From: Octopus sinensis
Lineage: Eukaryota
Assembly (NCBI RefSeq): GCF_006345805.1
Contig: NC_043015.1
Coordinates: forward strand, 39,680,001-39,744,000
Reading direction: 5' to 3'
DNA: 64,000 nucleotides
The notes beneath the pieces were generated by a model that had not been told where the DNA came from, ran no database searches, and worked only from the letters and a program-made list of their open reading frames with translations. Below, piece by piece: positions 23,051 through 35,597 of the stretch. The first letter of the stretch is position 1; each line of letters starts with the position of its first letter. Position numbers and translations under genes: made by a program.

Positions 23051-23662
23051 CACTGGCTCGGGAATGAAATTTGTGGGGCGTGGGGGGTGCGAACCCAGGC
23101 CTCCAAAATTTTACAAATGAGGTCATTTTTTTGTTATTATTTCTTTGTTCTTTGAGAAGAAACCTAATTCAAGCTACTTTTTACAGATCACTCTTTACTC
23201 GCTGTTTTCTAAATCTGGGATAACTAAATAGGGGTTGGGAGACCCCCTTTGGTCATGAATGACCATGGGATTGCACCTAGAAAGTTACTCTCCGAGGTAA
23301 AAGTCTGGGCAAAGTTGTTTATGGAAGACCAGCAGTCACCCATGCATACCAGCCTCTCCTCTCCACACCACTGATGTTATCCAAGGGAAAAGCAAAGGGG
23401 CCGATACAGCTGTGGCACCATGATGTCGCAACTCATTTCTACAGCTGAGTGAACTGGAGCAACGTGAAATAAAGTGTCTTGCTCAAGAACACAACAATCA
23501 GCCCGGTCCGGGATTCGAATTCACAACCTTACGATCCTAAGCTCGACGCTCTAACCACTGAGCCATGCGCCTTCAAGTAGGGGTGCACATTTTGATTTTG
23601 CACCCCACAAAAATTTTAAGAGGTGCGCTTGCACCCTTGCACCCCCTGTTCCTGGGCCTATG
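23051..23662. mobile_element. hAT-like MITE carrying a nested SINE-D (23236-23577, minus)
   Basis: CA...TG ends with imperfect TIRs and flanks GAGACAGT/GAGACAGG. The SINE-D is flanked by TAGGGGT (23229-35, 23578-84). Confidence 0.65.
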
Positions 23663-24061
23663 GAGACAGGTGGGAGTTGGCAACAGGAAGGGTCTCTGGC
23701 CATAGAAAATCTGCCTCAATGAATTCCATCTGACCCATGCAGGCAAGGAAAAGTGGATGTTAAAATGTTGATGATGTTGACTGTGTCATCTGATGATTGC
23801 TTAACATAAGATAAACGTGACTTATGGTGTGTTATTACTAATAAACTCTATCATTTTCTACGCATAAGGGTGTGTGTGTGTGTATATAATTTCTACTGAT
23901 TATATTTCTGTTATCTCTCAACCAAAATGAATTGTAAACTTAAACTATTCTACATTCCTATGACATGACTTACACATACAAACAGACATATAAAGACATA
24001 CACACACTTACTTGCATATACATTCATATGCACATATGCATTTATATATGCATCTCTAGTA

Positions 24062-24114
<53 letters not shown>

Positions 24115-24940
24115 CACATACATGTATACATACAACTGTCACATGCTTGTACAAAGTATCTGGTTGGAGTTTAGCCTTAGATTTCTGGGAAATACTAATT
24201 AAAAAAAAAACTGCGCACACTTTGTCCCAGTTGTGTGAAAGAATGGTTTCATTTTCTATGGTATTGTCAGTTCTGGGTATAGAAGTTGTCAGCCAAGCAG
24301 ACTGAGGTGGACAGTGATGTGTGCTTCATTTAGGGTGGGCGGTGTGGTGAATACTATAGAGTGAAATAGGAATCCCCTGTTGTTGTTTAGCCCCAGGGAT
24401 GCCCTGATTGAAAAGACACACGGTCAAAGGTGTTCCAACCATAACCACTCAACCTTTTTGGATGGTCATAACTGGAACTACTTTCTATACAGCAATGTCT
24501 GCTTTGGAGCAGATTTGGCTGCTATTTCTAGTAAGGTGTAGTGGTTCTCTTTATACCCTACCTTGATAATAATAATTGGTGCCATACATTTGGGGATTAC
24601 ACGAACCTTGTTTGTATGGTTATGGACACAATTTGATGGCATCAAAGATGTTATTTGTTTGATACATCCTTGGTTCGATTCTCTTGTGATCCAGTTTGTG
24701 TCAACCAGTGATAGAACACCTGTGTAGTCACTTGATGTGCTAGATGTAACAGTCAAATCTCCTTCAAATCACAACTTTCTGTCTTAGAAAGAAAAAGTGA
24801 AGGACATTGGATGATGTAGTCCTAGCTTCACTCTGTTGGAAGAAAAGTTGGGATGGTCAGATCTGGTACATCAATGATCATATGCAGTACTGTTGCATCA
24901 AGGCTGACCTTACAGGTTAAACAACAACATCAACAACAGC

Positions 24941-25146
24941 AACGGCTGTTCAAGAATTTGGACCTGGAGATCTCCATTTCCAGCGATTTCGAGGTTCACC
25001 TCCCAGTGGTGTCGGGCGTCAACGAAGAGCCCTCGACTACAACAAGACGACTAAAGTTTCTTTTTCCAAGGTCTGGGGTCTCCCACCTCTAAGCCCTAAT
25101 CACCCTTACCCGTCTTGTTGCTTAATAACAACAACTACAACAACAA
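24941..25146 (+). mobile_element. ~200-bp dispersed element in (CAA)n context, copy 2
   Basis: Homologous to 10191-10413. Confidence 0.7.
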
Positions 25147-26670
25147 ACATTTTGAGTATTCTTAGAAATATGGCTGACAATTCTTCAGATGTCTTTTTCT
25201 GTTTTGAAAATGGTCATCACTGAATGGTAAGAATGGTAAGGAATGACAGCCATGTCTTGTAATGGTGGCCATATTTCACAGAAGACGCTAAATGGTACTT
25301 CCTAACCTCAACTTGAAATGAGTGAAGAACAAAGAATCTCACTCAAAATGGTTCTTTGTTGGAATACTATTTTGGCTACGGAATGGTTCTCTTTAAAAAC
25401 TGGGATTCTTTAAAACTACTAAAAGAGAGAGAGAAAAAAAAAAAAACGAAAGAAAGTGATAAATTACAAAAATTGCTTTTGGTGCCAATAAATTGGCTGA
25501 GATGAAAGAATTAGTTCAAAGAATTCTTGCAACAACTCCATTAGATATTTAAGGTCTAAACTGCATGGCAATAGGGGTATTTTATCGGAATTACAGCTGT
25601 AATGAGGAAACGAAGAAGCAGGCATGATACTGTTGCTGAAAATCGGGTGCTGTTAGATGGGTGGGAGTGGATGGGTGAGAGCAACGGTGGAGCAATATCC
25701 ATCATCATCTTCATCATCATCATCATCATCACTTATACTGCCATCATTAACATTTTCATTATAGCCACCACCACCACCACCGCCTCCACCATTTCCATCA
25801 TTTTCATCAGTTTTAAAATCAAATGTGGATAATTACATACAAATAGATCTTCTCGTTAGCTTTCCAATTCCTCGGCTGTAATTGTTTTTAAAGTTTTTCC
25901 ATCAAATAGCTATAATAATGTCTTGGAGAAGTGAAAGAAATGTGTGTGTGTGTGTGTGTCTATATGTGGTTAATTATGTCTCTGTGTGTGTGTGTGTGTG
26001 TGGTGTCTGTATGTGGTTAGTTATGTCTGTGTGTGGTGTGTGTGTGTGGTTAATTATGTCTGTGTGTGTGTGTGTGTGTCTGTCTGTATGTGGTTAATTA
26101 TGTCTGTGTGTGTGTGTGTGTCTATATGTGGCTAATTGTGTGTGTGTGTGTGTGTGCGTGTGTGGCTATGTCTGTATTTGTGGGAGTCTGTGTTTGTGAG
26201 TGTGTGTCTGTGTGTGTGTATGTGTCTGCGTATTACTTGATGGATGCCTGTATGCTTGTGCGTATCTGTCTTTATGTGGGTAACTTATTGAAATCTTTGT
26301 ATAGCACATCCTATCACTCACTATTTTACACACACACACACCACACACACACCACGAGCGAGCGTAGATGACTTGTACCATGTTGCTTTAAAATAATGTT
26401 GTTCTAGGTCCACAGGCAGAATCTGTTAGAGTCAAGGTTATACATACAGTCTGTGGAACTAATTATTTCATGTATGGTAGGCGTGTGTGTGTGTGAGAGG
26501 GGGTAAGTGTAGGAGCAGAGTGGGGGCTGAGGGTTGTCACATAATTTTCCTCAAACCCTAATTGTTAAATCTACCCCCATCAGAAGGTGAAATCTAAATC
26601 TCAAATTTTGTGAATTCAAGTTTAGTTGCTTACCCCTTGTTCTGGATATGGATTTGTATGTATATATGTA

Positions 26671-27050
26671 TGAGGTGAGTTGGGGTGGAGGTGCTGAAAA
26701 GTGCCTTTAAGGGTATCATGAAAGGCCAGGCCGGAGGCCCAACCTTCCGAGTCCTTTTACAGGTTGTACGTATGTACATGCGTACGTACGTATACACACA
26801 CACACACACACACACACATACATATATATACATATATATAAAGTTCCTGGCTTTGAGGGTATCGCAAAAGGCCTGGCTGGAAGTCCAACCTTCCAAGTTC
26901 TTTTACAGGGCTTAGAAAAACTGAAGGGCCACTGCAATAGGTGTGTAAATCTGAGAGGGGAACATGTTGAATAAAATCCTAATTAACTGATCCACCTGTA
27001 TTTTCCTTTTACCTGAAGCCAGGAACCTTTTGGCACTCCCCCCACCCTCA
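26671..27050 (+). mobile_element. Mariner-derived MITE retaining the transposase C-terminus
   Basis: AWLEVQPSKFF/QGLEKLKGHCNRCVNLRGEHVE* resembles the mariner C-terminal KC---G-YVE motif. TA flanks and degenerate TIRs. Confidence 0.7.
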
Positions 27051-27689
27051 TATATTATGTATTTATGTTTTAGTTTAGAAATGATTAGTAAAAAAAAAGA
27101 ATTCTTGACATGTAAAGTTGAGCATATTTATTGAGAATTAGGGTTTCCTGCTGTTGGTCCTTAGGTTTTGTATTTCCATATTGGAACCCTTGCCATTGTA
27201 ACTGACGGAGTGCCAATATATGTGCATGGGAGATGGTCTTACTCTTTCCATTTCATATTTCACTTACGAGGCATTGGTCAGCCTATGGCTGTAGCAAAAG
27301 AAACTGGCCAACGGTACCTCCCACCACATACAATGGAAACAAACTCTAAATTATATGGTTCCGAGGTGAATTTTAGAACATTCAGCCATTCTTGCATCTT
27401 TGAAGAATGTGTTTGTATGTGTGTGTGTGTGTATACATGTGTATACACACACACACCAAGCTGAATAGTACCCATCTGGTTTAATATCACAATATTTTGG
27501 TTGCAGGACACACTAGTTCTGCGAGAGGTTACAACTCTTAAAATTGTAGATTTAAAGCCAAGCTAGAAATAACTTCTTTATATAGAACTAATTTGTGTGT
27601 TCTAGGGTAGTTTATATAATAATTGTTGTGTTGAGTGGCGGCCATGGAGGAAGAGAGCGGTGTACATTATATACGTATATATATAATAT

Positions 27690-28051
27690 ATTATATATAT
27701 GTATGTATGCATATGTATGTATGTATGTATGTATGTATATGTATGTATATGTATGTATGTATATGTATGTATATGTATGTATGTATATGTATGTATGTGT
27801 ATATATGTATATGTATGTATGTGTGTGTATGTATATGTATGTATGTATATGTATGTATGTATGTGTATGTATGTGTGTGTATGTATGTATGTGTATGTAT
27901 ATGTATGTATGTATGTGTATGTATGTATGTATATGTATGTATGTGTATATATGTATGTATGTGTATATGTATATGTATGTATGTGTATGTATGTGTGTGT
28001 ATGTATGTGTATATGTGTGTATGTATATATGTGTATGTATGTATATGTTTA

Positions 28052-28090
<39 letters not shown>
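27690..28090. repeat. (TATG)n/(TA)n compound microsatellite
   Basis: Seen directly. Confidence 0.95.
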
Positions 28091-28091
<1 letters not shown>

Positions 28092-28094
28092 TTA

Positions 28095-28130
28095 TATGTG
28101 TGTGTGTGTAGGAAAGAATGGTATACATAC

Positions 28131-28183
<53 letters not shown>

Positions 28184-28226
28184 ATATATGCATATATATG
28201 TGTGTGGTGTGTAGGAAGAGAATGGT

Positions 28227-28273
<47 letters not shown>

Positions 28274-28325
28274 GCATATATATGTGTGTGTGTGTAGGAA
28301 AGAGAATGGTATACATACATATATA

Positions 28326-28356
<31 letters not shown>

Positions 28357-28542
28357 ATATGCATATATATGTGTGTGTGTGTAGGAAGAGAATGGTATCA
28401 TACATATATATTATATATATATATTATATATATGCTATATATGTGTGGTGTGGTGTGGAAGAGAATGGTATACATACATATATATATATATTAATATATA
28501 TATCATATTGTGGTGTGTGTGTGTAGGAAGAGAATGGTATAC

Positions 28543-28576
<34 letters not shown>

Positions 28577-28613
28577 TATATATGTGTGTGTGTGTGTGTA
28601 GGAAGAGAATGGT

Positions 28614-28645
<32 letters not shown>

Positions 28646-28685
28646 GCATATATATGTGTGTGTGTGTGTGTAGGAAGAGAATGGT

Positions 28686-28718
<33 letters not shown>

Positions 28719-28730
28719 CATACATATATA
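28095..28730. repeat. Compound minisatellite: about 8 units with core GTAGGAAGAGAATGGTATACATAC embedded in (TA)n/(TG)n
   Basis: Cores near 28108, 28210, 28294, 28380, 28456, 28521, 28598 and 28670. Confidence 0.9.
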
Positions 28731-28849
28731 TAAAAGCACGTGAAGTGCCTGTTTTTTTTTATGTGCAAATATGTTTGTGTGTGTGTGTGTGTGTGTTGTG
28801 TAGGAGTAGCAGTTGTTGTTGAATGACTTAACAAGCTGACTGAGTGAAA

Positions 28850-29320
28850 AGAACAACCGATGCCTTAGGCGAGGCTCATCACTTCACTCTCTCCTGACGG
28901 GGGAGAGAAACTATTTTGCCAATGTTTGCATATTTAATGCAAGTCTCTTCCATCCATTTCTCTGACTCATCAGCTCGTCCTCTTCCTCCTCCTCTTCCTC
29001 CTCCTCCTCCTCCTCCTGGGGTATCTCTCTAATGTAAGCTACATGATCCCATTGTTTTGGGGTACCCATATAGTAAATTGTTTCTCAAACATGTGCGTGC
29101 TCGAGGGATATATACGGGACCCCCGGAAGGGGAACGGCGGGGAGGGTGGGGTTTGGGTGGGAGGCGGTTGAGTCACGGGCGTGCGGATTTGGTAGAGGTT
29201 CAGATCCCTGTAATACCTGAAATTACTGGGTTTGTGAGCCCCTCCCCGCCTCCACCTCCTCCTCTCTGATACCTACCCCTATAAATGGGAGAAAGAAACA
29301 GGGTTGATATAACGAGGGTG
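28850..29320 (+). promoter_or_regulatory. GC/CpG-rich promoter-like island
   Basis: CpG cluster at ~29090-29190, AP-1-type TGACTCA (28963) and TGAGTCA (29169), GC box CCCCGCC (29244), TATAAAT (29280). It lies about 500 bp upstream of a coding exon. Confidence 0.4.
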
Positions 29321-29415
29321 AATAATAGGAGAGAAACAGAGTTGGTAGCCTCTCTCTCTCTCTCTCATAATTAATTGTTCTTTTTCTTTACCCTCTCTCC
29401 ACATTTCTCTCTCTT

Positions 29416-29469
<54 letters not shown>

Positions 29470-29476
29470 TTCTCTT

Positions 29477-29523
<47 letters not shown>

Positions 29524-29804
29524 ATGCTGCATCTAAATGGCAGTTGCCTGATGGTTATCTATTTTCACCCTTTCTCTCTTCATTCACACACACACACACA
29601 CACAGATAGATTGGTAGATACATCGTTGTGTGTGTGTGTGAGAAAGGAGAGGCTGCAAGAGACTCACACACACACACACACACATACATGCACGCACGCG
29701 CGCACACACACACACACACATCATTGTATGTCTGTGTGTCCATCTGTTCTTGCAGCAAAGCACCAAGCAAGCCAGTGGTCAATAAGACCTGTTGTGATCC
29801 ATCA

Positions 29805-29941
29805 ATGGCTACTATCCAAATTCCAATCCATTATGGAATCTTTTTTTTATTACTTTGGCCTGGAGGAAGGGACAGTGCCCATGGCCAATGTAGAATTCCT
29901 GGCTCTGGTCAGACCACAGTCAATGTTTCGTTTAAGCAATT
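29805..29941 (+). CDS. First coding exon of a probable secreted or type-I membrane protein: MATIQIPIHYGIFFLLLWPGGRDSAHG-QCRIPGSGQTTVNVSFKQ(L/F)
   Basis: Acceptor CCATCTGTTCTTGCAG| (exon from 29756), ATG at 29805, hydrophobic core IFFLLLW, A-H-G cleavage-like site, donor ATT|GTAAGT (phase 2). A second frame is also open. Confidence 0.55.
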
Positions 29942-30479
29942 GTAAGTTGACTTCTAGAACTAAATGGGTTCAGAGGGAACGTCAGCAGGATGACATTCTG
30001 TGGTAGAAGGACTGGGTGTGTTGGTTAGTGTGATGTCTGGGAGGGGGGGAAATGGGGTCTATAATATAAGGGGAGGAGGGATGGGTATAGGAGGAGTGTC
30101 TCATTGGAAATGGGACCAGCCATCCATAATGAGCAAAGATCATGAAAATAGCCATAGAAAAGTAAAAAGAGATAGCAATTCTGTGGGCCAAGGATTGGAC
30201 AGTATTTATGAGGGACCAGTTTTGAATGTGGTCCCAAATATTTGTCCATGTAGTAGCAACTTTACTGCAAATGTAGGAGCAGTCAGTACCCCATTGGGGA
30301 TGCAGAATGTATATGTAACAATCTCCATTGTGGGTCTCGGATGACTATATGTGGCAGCAGCCTCATGGCCCCTGTTGTGAGAACTGGTCTCACAACAGGA
30401 GATGGCGGAGGACAAAGTATCTGATGGCTCTGAAGAGGAAGATCAGGCTTTGTGATGCAGTTTTTGCTTTGTTGTGGAC

Positions 30480-30805
30480 ACATCATCATCGTCATCATCA
30501 TCATTGTTTAACGTCCGTTTTCCATGCTAGCATGGGTTGGACAGTTCAACTGGGGTCTGGGAAGCCAGAAGGCTGCATCAGGCCCAGTCTGATCTGGCAG
30601 TGTTTCTACGGCTGGATGCCCTTCCTAATGCCAACCACTCCGAGAGTGTCGTGGGTGCTTTTTATGTGCCACCTGCACAGGTGCCAGACGAGGCTGGCAA
30701 ACGGCCACGATCGATTGGTGCTTTTTACGTGCCACCGGCACAGGGGCCAGTTGGGGTGGCGCTGGCAATGGCCACGTTCAGATGGTTCTCTTACGTGCCA
30801 GCAGC
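30480..30805 (-). mobile_element. RTE family C 3' end
   Basis: Family motifs and (GAT)n tail. Confidence 0.8.
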
Positions 30806-31629
30806 ACTGCAAAACAACAGTTGATGGGAGTGGAGAAAAATTGACTGTGTTGGGGTAGCAGGTAGCTGGGTGCGGGATTTATAGAGTTGGGGTATATTTG
30901 ATTGTTGTTGGCCAATAAAACGGTTAATGTGACACAAGTTTCTCAGGGATTAAATATTACTGCTGGAAGGGACTGTCTGAGTACAAGTCTCTCGGGTTAA
31001 GTGGTACTCCCTAAAGGGGCTATTGAGACACAAATATCTCAGCCATCATGAATTACTCTGTGAAAGAATTTCAGTTTGAAAATTAAGCTAGAGGGACAGT
31101 TTTTTGAATGAAATAAATATTCTTGATATCAGAATATATTTGAGGGTTTAACAATGAAAATAGTATATGTCCCCTTATAGTCTTTCAGATTTGTTATTGT
31201 ATTGTAAGATTATACCAGCTTCACACAGTGTTTTGTGTGTGATCCCTGAGAGTCTCAGAGTCCAAGGTTGAATAACATGGAGCCTGTTACCCCCACTTAC
31301 CATTGGGTTCCCTCTAATGGTGTCAGGGGGAGAAAAAGAGGGGGTAGTATTTTAGTATTTAATGAGCAGGAAATTAGAAGGATAAGAAGAATTTTCCCTT
31401 TAATTATGCATTCATTAACATCATTCAGTAATTAACTCAACAGATTGGGAGGCCTTCATGACTGTCTCCCTTAGCTTTGTCTTGCAATTTCTCTTTCTCT
31501 CTCTCTCTCCCTCTTTCTTTTTAATCTTATCCCCTTTTTTCTTTAAACGTTTACAAAGTTGTTGAGAATAGTTAATCTGCTGCATAATCATTTAATCTGG
31601 TCTGTTTGTGTGTGTGTGTGTGCATGCAT

Positions 31630-31684
31630 GTGTGTGTGTGTATATATATATATGTTTATACACCTATACATGTATGTATATATA

Positions 31685-31742
<58 letters not shown>

Positions 31743-32055
31743 GTATGTATGTATATGTATGTATATGTCTGTATGTATGTATTAGATGTAGGTATGTATG
31801 TTGTTCTATATATGTGGTATGTATGTATATGTATGCGTATGTATGTATGTATATATGTAGTATGTATATCTGTATATATATGTATGTATGTAGTATATAT
31901 ATATGTATGTATGTATATATATATGTATGTATGTATATGTATATATATGTATGTATTGTATGTATATATATGTATGTATGTATGTATATATATGTATTGT
32001 ATGTATGTATATATATGTATGTATGTATGTATATATATATATGTATGTATGTATA

Positions 32056-32091
<36 letters not shown>

Positions 32092-32109
32092 TATATATAT
32101 GTATGTATG

Positions 32110-32142
<33 letters not shown>

Positions 32143-32830
32143 TTATATATATGTATGTATGTATATATATGTATGTATGTATATATATATATGTATGTAT
32201 GTATATATATATGTATGTATGTATATATATATGTATGTATGTATATATATATGTATGTATGTATATATATATGTATGTATGTATATATATATGTATGTAT
32301 GTATGTATATATGTATGTATGTATATATATATGTATGTATATATGTATATATATATGTATGTATGGATGTATGTATATATAGTATTATGTATATATATGT
32401 ATGTATGTATGATATATATATGTGATGTATGTATATATATATGTATGTATGTATATATATATGTATGTATGTATATCTATATGTATGTATGTAGATATAT
32501 ATGTATGTATGTATATATATATGTATGTATGTATATATTATGTATGTGGTATAGTATATATAATATATATATATATCTATATATAATAGTATGTATGTCT
32601 ATATGTATGTATATATATGTATGTATGTATGTATTATGTATGTATGTTATATATATGTATGTATGTATATATTAGGTATGTGTAGTATATATATATGTAT
32701 GTTGTATGTATAGATATATATATGTATGTGTATATATATATATATGTATGTGTATATATATATTATATTTGTATGTTATATATATACAATGTATGTATAT
32801 ATATATATATATTTATATATACATACATAC
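31630..32830. repeat. Long (TATG)n/(TA)n compound microsatellite
   Basis: Seen directly; source of the YVCM-type ORFs. Confidence 0.95.
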
Positions 32831-33289
32831 ATACACAGATTGCACATACATCTGTATATACTTATTGTTGTCTATTGAATGGCTGTTGGACAAACATAGA
32901 AGCAAGCATACATACACACACATAAACACACAGACACACCTATCTATGTTTCTCTGTCTCTCCTCACTCACACATGCACACGCACACTCACACACACGTA
33001 TATATATATATACGTGTGTAGAGAGAGATGGATGACTGGATAATTACTGTGACTAACATATTGACAATTCCATATAAATAGTGTACTTTTGCTATCTCCT
33101 CCTAGTATAATGTTTGACAATTTGGTACATCTGTGCAGTGGTGGTAGTGGTAGGGGTGGTGGACATCCATTGGTAAAGTATGTAGTGGTGGTGGCAGTGG
33201 TCGTGGGGACATTAGTATGTATATATATATATGTGTGTGAATGTGTGTGTGTGTAGCTATATATACACTATATCTGTGGAGTAGTGGTA

Positions 33290-33534
33290 TATCTTTGTTG
33301 TATGTATGTATCTATGTATATATACGTGTGTATGTATGTGTGCATATGTCTGTGTATGTATAAATGTATGTGTATATATAAATATGTGTGTATATATAAA
33401 TATATATATATGCATATATATATGTGTGTGTGTATATATTTATATATGTATATATATATATGTGTGTGTATATATAAATATATGTGTGTGTATATATGTA
33501 TATATATATATGTGTGTATATATAAATATATATA

Positions 33535-33583
<49 letters not shown>

Positions 33584-33600
33584 AAGGATAGATAGATAGA
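33290..33600. repeat. (TA)/(TG)/(GATA) microsatellite
   Basis: Seen directly. Confidence 0.9.
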
Positions 33601-34251
33601 TAGTGAGATATATGCATGCTATATGCTATATACTGCATCTGTGCTAGTAGTGGGAGTCATGGCATTTGAGAATATCAATCGGTGTATCCTGATATATATA
33701 CACAGTGTGTGTGTGTAGCTGCGAGCATATGAAGGTATTAGTATATCTGTTGTTATAGCTACACTGCCACCCTCCCTACTTCCCTCCCTCCTCTGCACCA
33801 CCACCACTACTAATGCCAACACCACCACCACCACCACCTCCACCACTGGCCGCTGTTCTTTCTCTCGCAACCCCCCCCCCATTTCATCTTTCCTGCCAGT
33901 GCCTACTTTCATCTCTTCCATCCACTTTGTGGCAGTCGCAACCGTTGAATTCCTATAACTTCTCTGTACTGCTATAACAGTCTTCTTAGTACTAGTAGTA
34001 GTAGTGGTTATTGTTGTAGCTGCTATTGTTGTTGTTGTTGTTGTGTACTGATAGCAACACTGTCTCTACTTAATGTAGTTCTGCTTTTCGAGCCAGCTGT
34101 CTCTCTTTTTCCCTCTCTCTCTCTTTCTCCGTCTCGCTCCTCCCTCCCACTGTTACACACTAAATCACTCCTATGTGTGTGTGAGTGGGTGTGTACGCTT
34201 GTGTGGTGGGGGTTTCCCTTCCACTCCACATTATGGCTATGTATTTTCTAC

Positions 34252-34403
34252 CTGACTGTCACAGAATTTTTCCTCTCAAAGACAACTGCAGAGGAAAGGA
34301 AGATCTCTTTGATTTCTTGCAGATGTTTTTCCGTGTCTTCTCCATAAATTTCCTCGACTGTTTTTCTTGTCTTATTTTTGGTAATTACTCCTCTGTTCCG
34401 TTG
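34252..34403 (-). CDS. Speculative exon: QRNRGVITKNKTRKTVEEIYGEDTEKHLQEIKEIFLSSAVVFERKNSVTV(R)
   Basis: 50 open codons of protein-like composition. Weak acceptor (CAATTAG|) and donor (CAG|GTAGAA). Confidence 0.25.
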
Positions 34404-34639
34404 CTAATTGGGCCAGCATTCTTAACGAAATCATTACAAAGCAAGCTGTCATATTGCAAGTAGGAAACCCACAAAGCATTCTTCTTCTGCTTCTTCCTCA
34501 TTCAACATCTCCACCAAAATAAATTTATTTTTATTACTATTTATATATAAATATATACACACACACATACATATATATATATATATGCTTACACATATGT
34601 ATCTTTAAACACAACTATATTTTCAAACAAAAAAAAAAG

Positions 34640-34683
<44 letters not shown>

Positions 34684-34847
34684 CGTGACGTGCATTTATA
34701 CTTACATACAATATATATATATATAGATAGATAGATAGATAGATACATATATATATATGTGTGGTGTTTGCATGTGAGTGTTGACGGATGTTTCCATGGA
34801 ATGCTTAAGACTCCGATTCTGCTGGAGACGGGTCCAAAATGCGTTAC

Positions 34848-34913
34848 CTGTCTCCACGACTGATTCCAAACATAGATGTGTTTATAACCCAAATAGCGGC
34901 CAGACAGAGACAT
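34848..34913 (-). CDS. Speculative first coding exon: MSLSGRYLGYKHIYVWNQSWRQ
   Basis: ATG plus 21 codons ending CAG|GTAACG (phase 0), in frame with 34403-34252. Confidence 0.25.
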
Positions 34914-35190
34914 CACCAACACACAATGGATTATTAAACCAGGCTCCTAAGTCTCCTAATCACGCTCAATCTCAGGCAAGGCAAACTCTTTTTACCTTTT
35001 TTTTTCTCTTATTTCTTTCATTCTTTCATTTTTTAATGATTCATTGCTAATTTGTTGATTGCTTTGCCAATCTTTTGGCCATTACTGCTGCATTCCTCAA
35101 CATTTACCATTTCTCTTGTCAACTGGTCTCTCTTGTGTCTCCCCTTTCTTTATGCACACACACACGTACACACATAAATGCATGCATGCC

Positions 35191-35222
<32 letters not shown>

Positions 35223-35382
35223 TATATATATATATATATATATAGTAAAGTTTATTTGCCAACAGAATGTGGGGGCCCTATAAAGGACGGTGTTACTGTT
35301 GTTTAAGCCCCAGGGAAACATCTTTGCCAGCTGGCTACTGACACACAGTCTGTGTCCATATATATATATATCTCTATATATA

Positions 35383-35413
<31 letters not shown>

Positions 35414-35529
35414 TATATATATATGTATGTACACACATACATACATATATACATCAAAACATATATGCATGTTATGTATAAGTGTGTGTATGTGTATTGG
35501 AAGGCAGACATTAAATGAAGATAATGATA

Positions 35530-35597
<68 letters not shown>

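Noticed and set aside
23500-23577. tRNA-like sequence with A and B boxes (also the heads of SINE-A and SINE-B)
   Set aside because: No pairing acceptor stem, and it continues into a SINE body flanked by TSDs. These are SINE heads, not tRNA genes.
27150-27400. 21-nt minus microexon-like signal near 27268-27288
   Set aside because: It lies within a degenerate SINE-A copy.
27595-33640. Long ORFs rich in Y/V/C/M/I/H/T (also at 7955-8981, 35190-35744 and 59124-59843)
   Set aside because: They are translations of (TA)n, (TATG)n, (CA)n and (ATT)n microsatellites that happen to lack stops in some frames.
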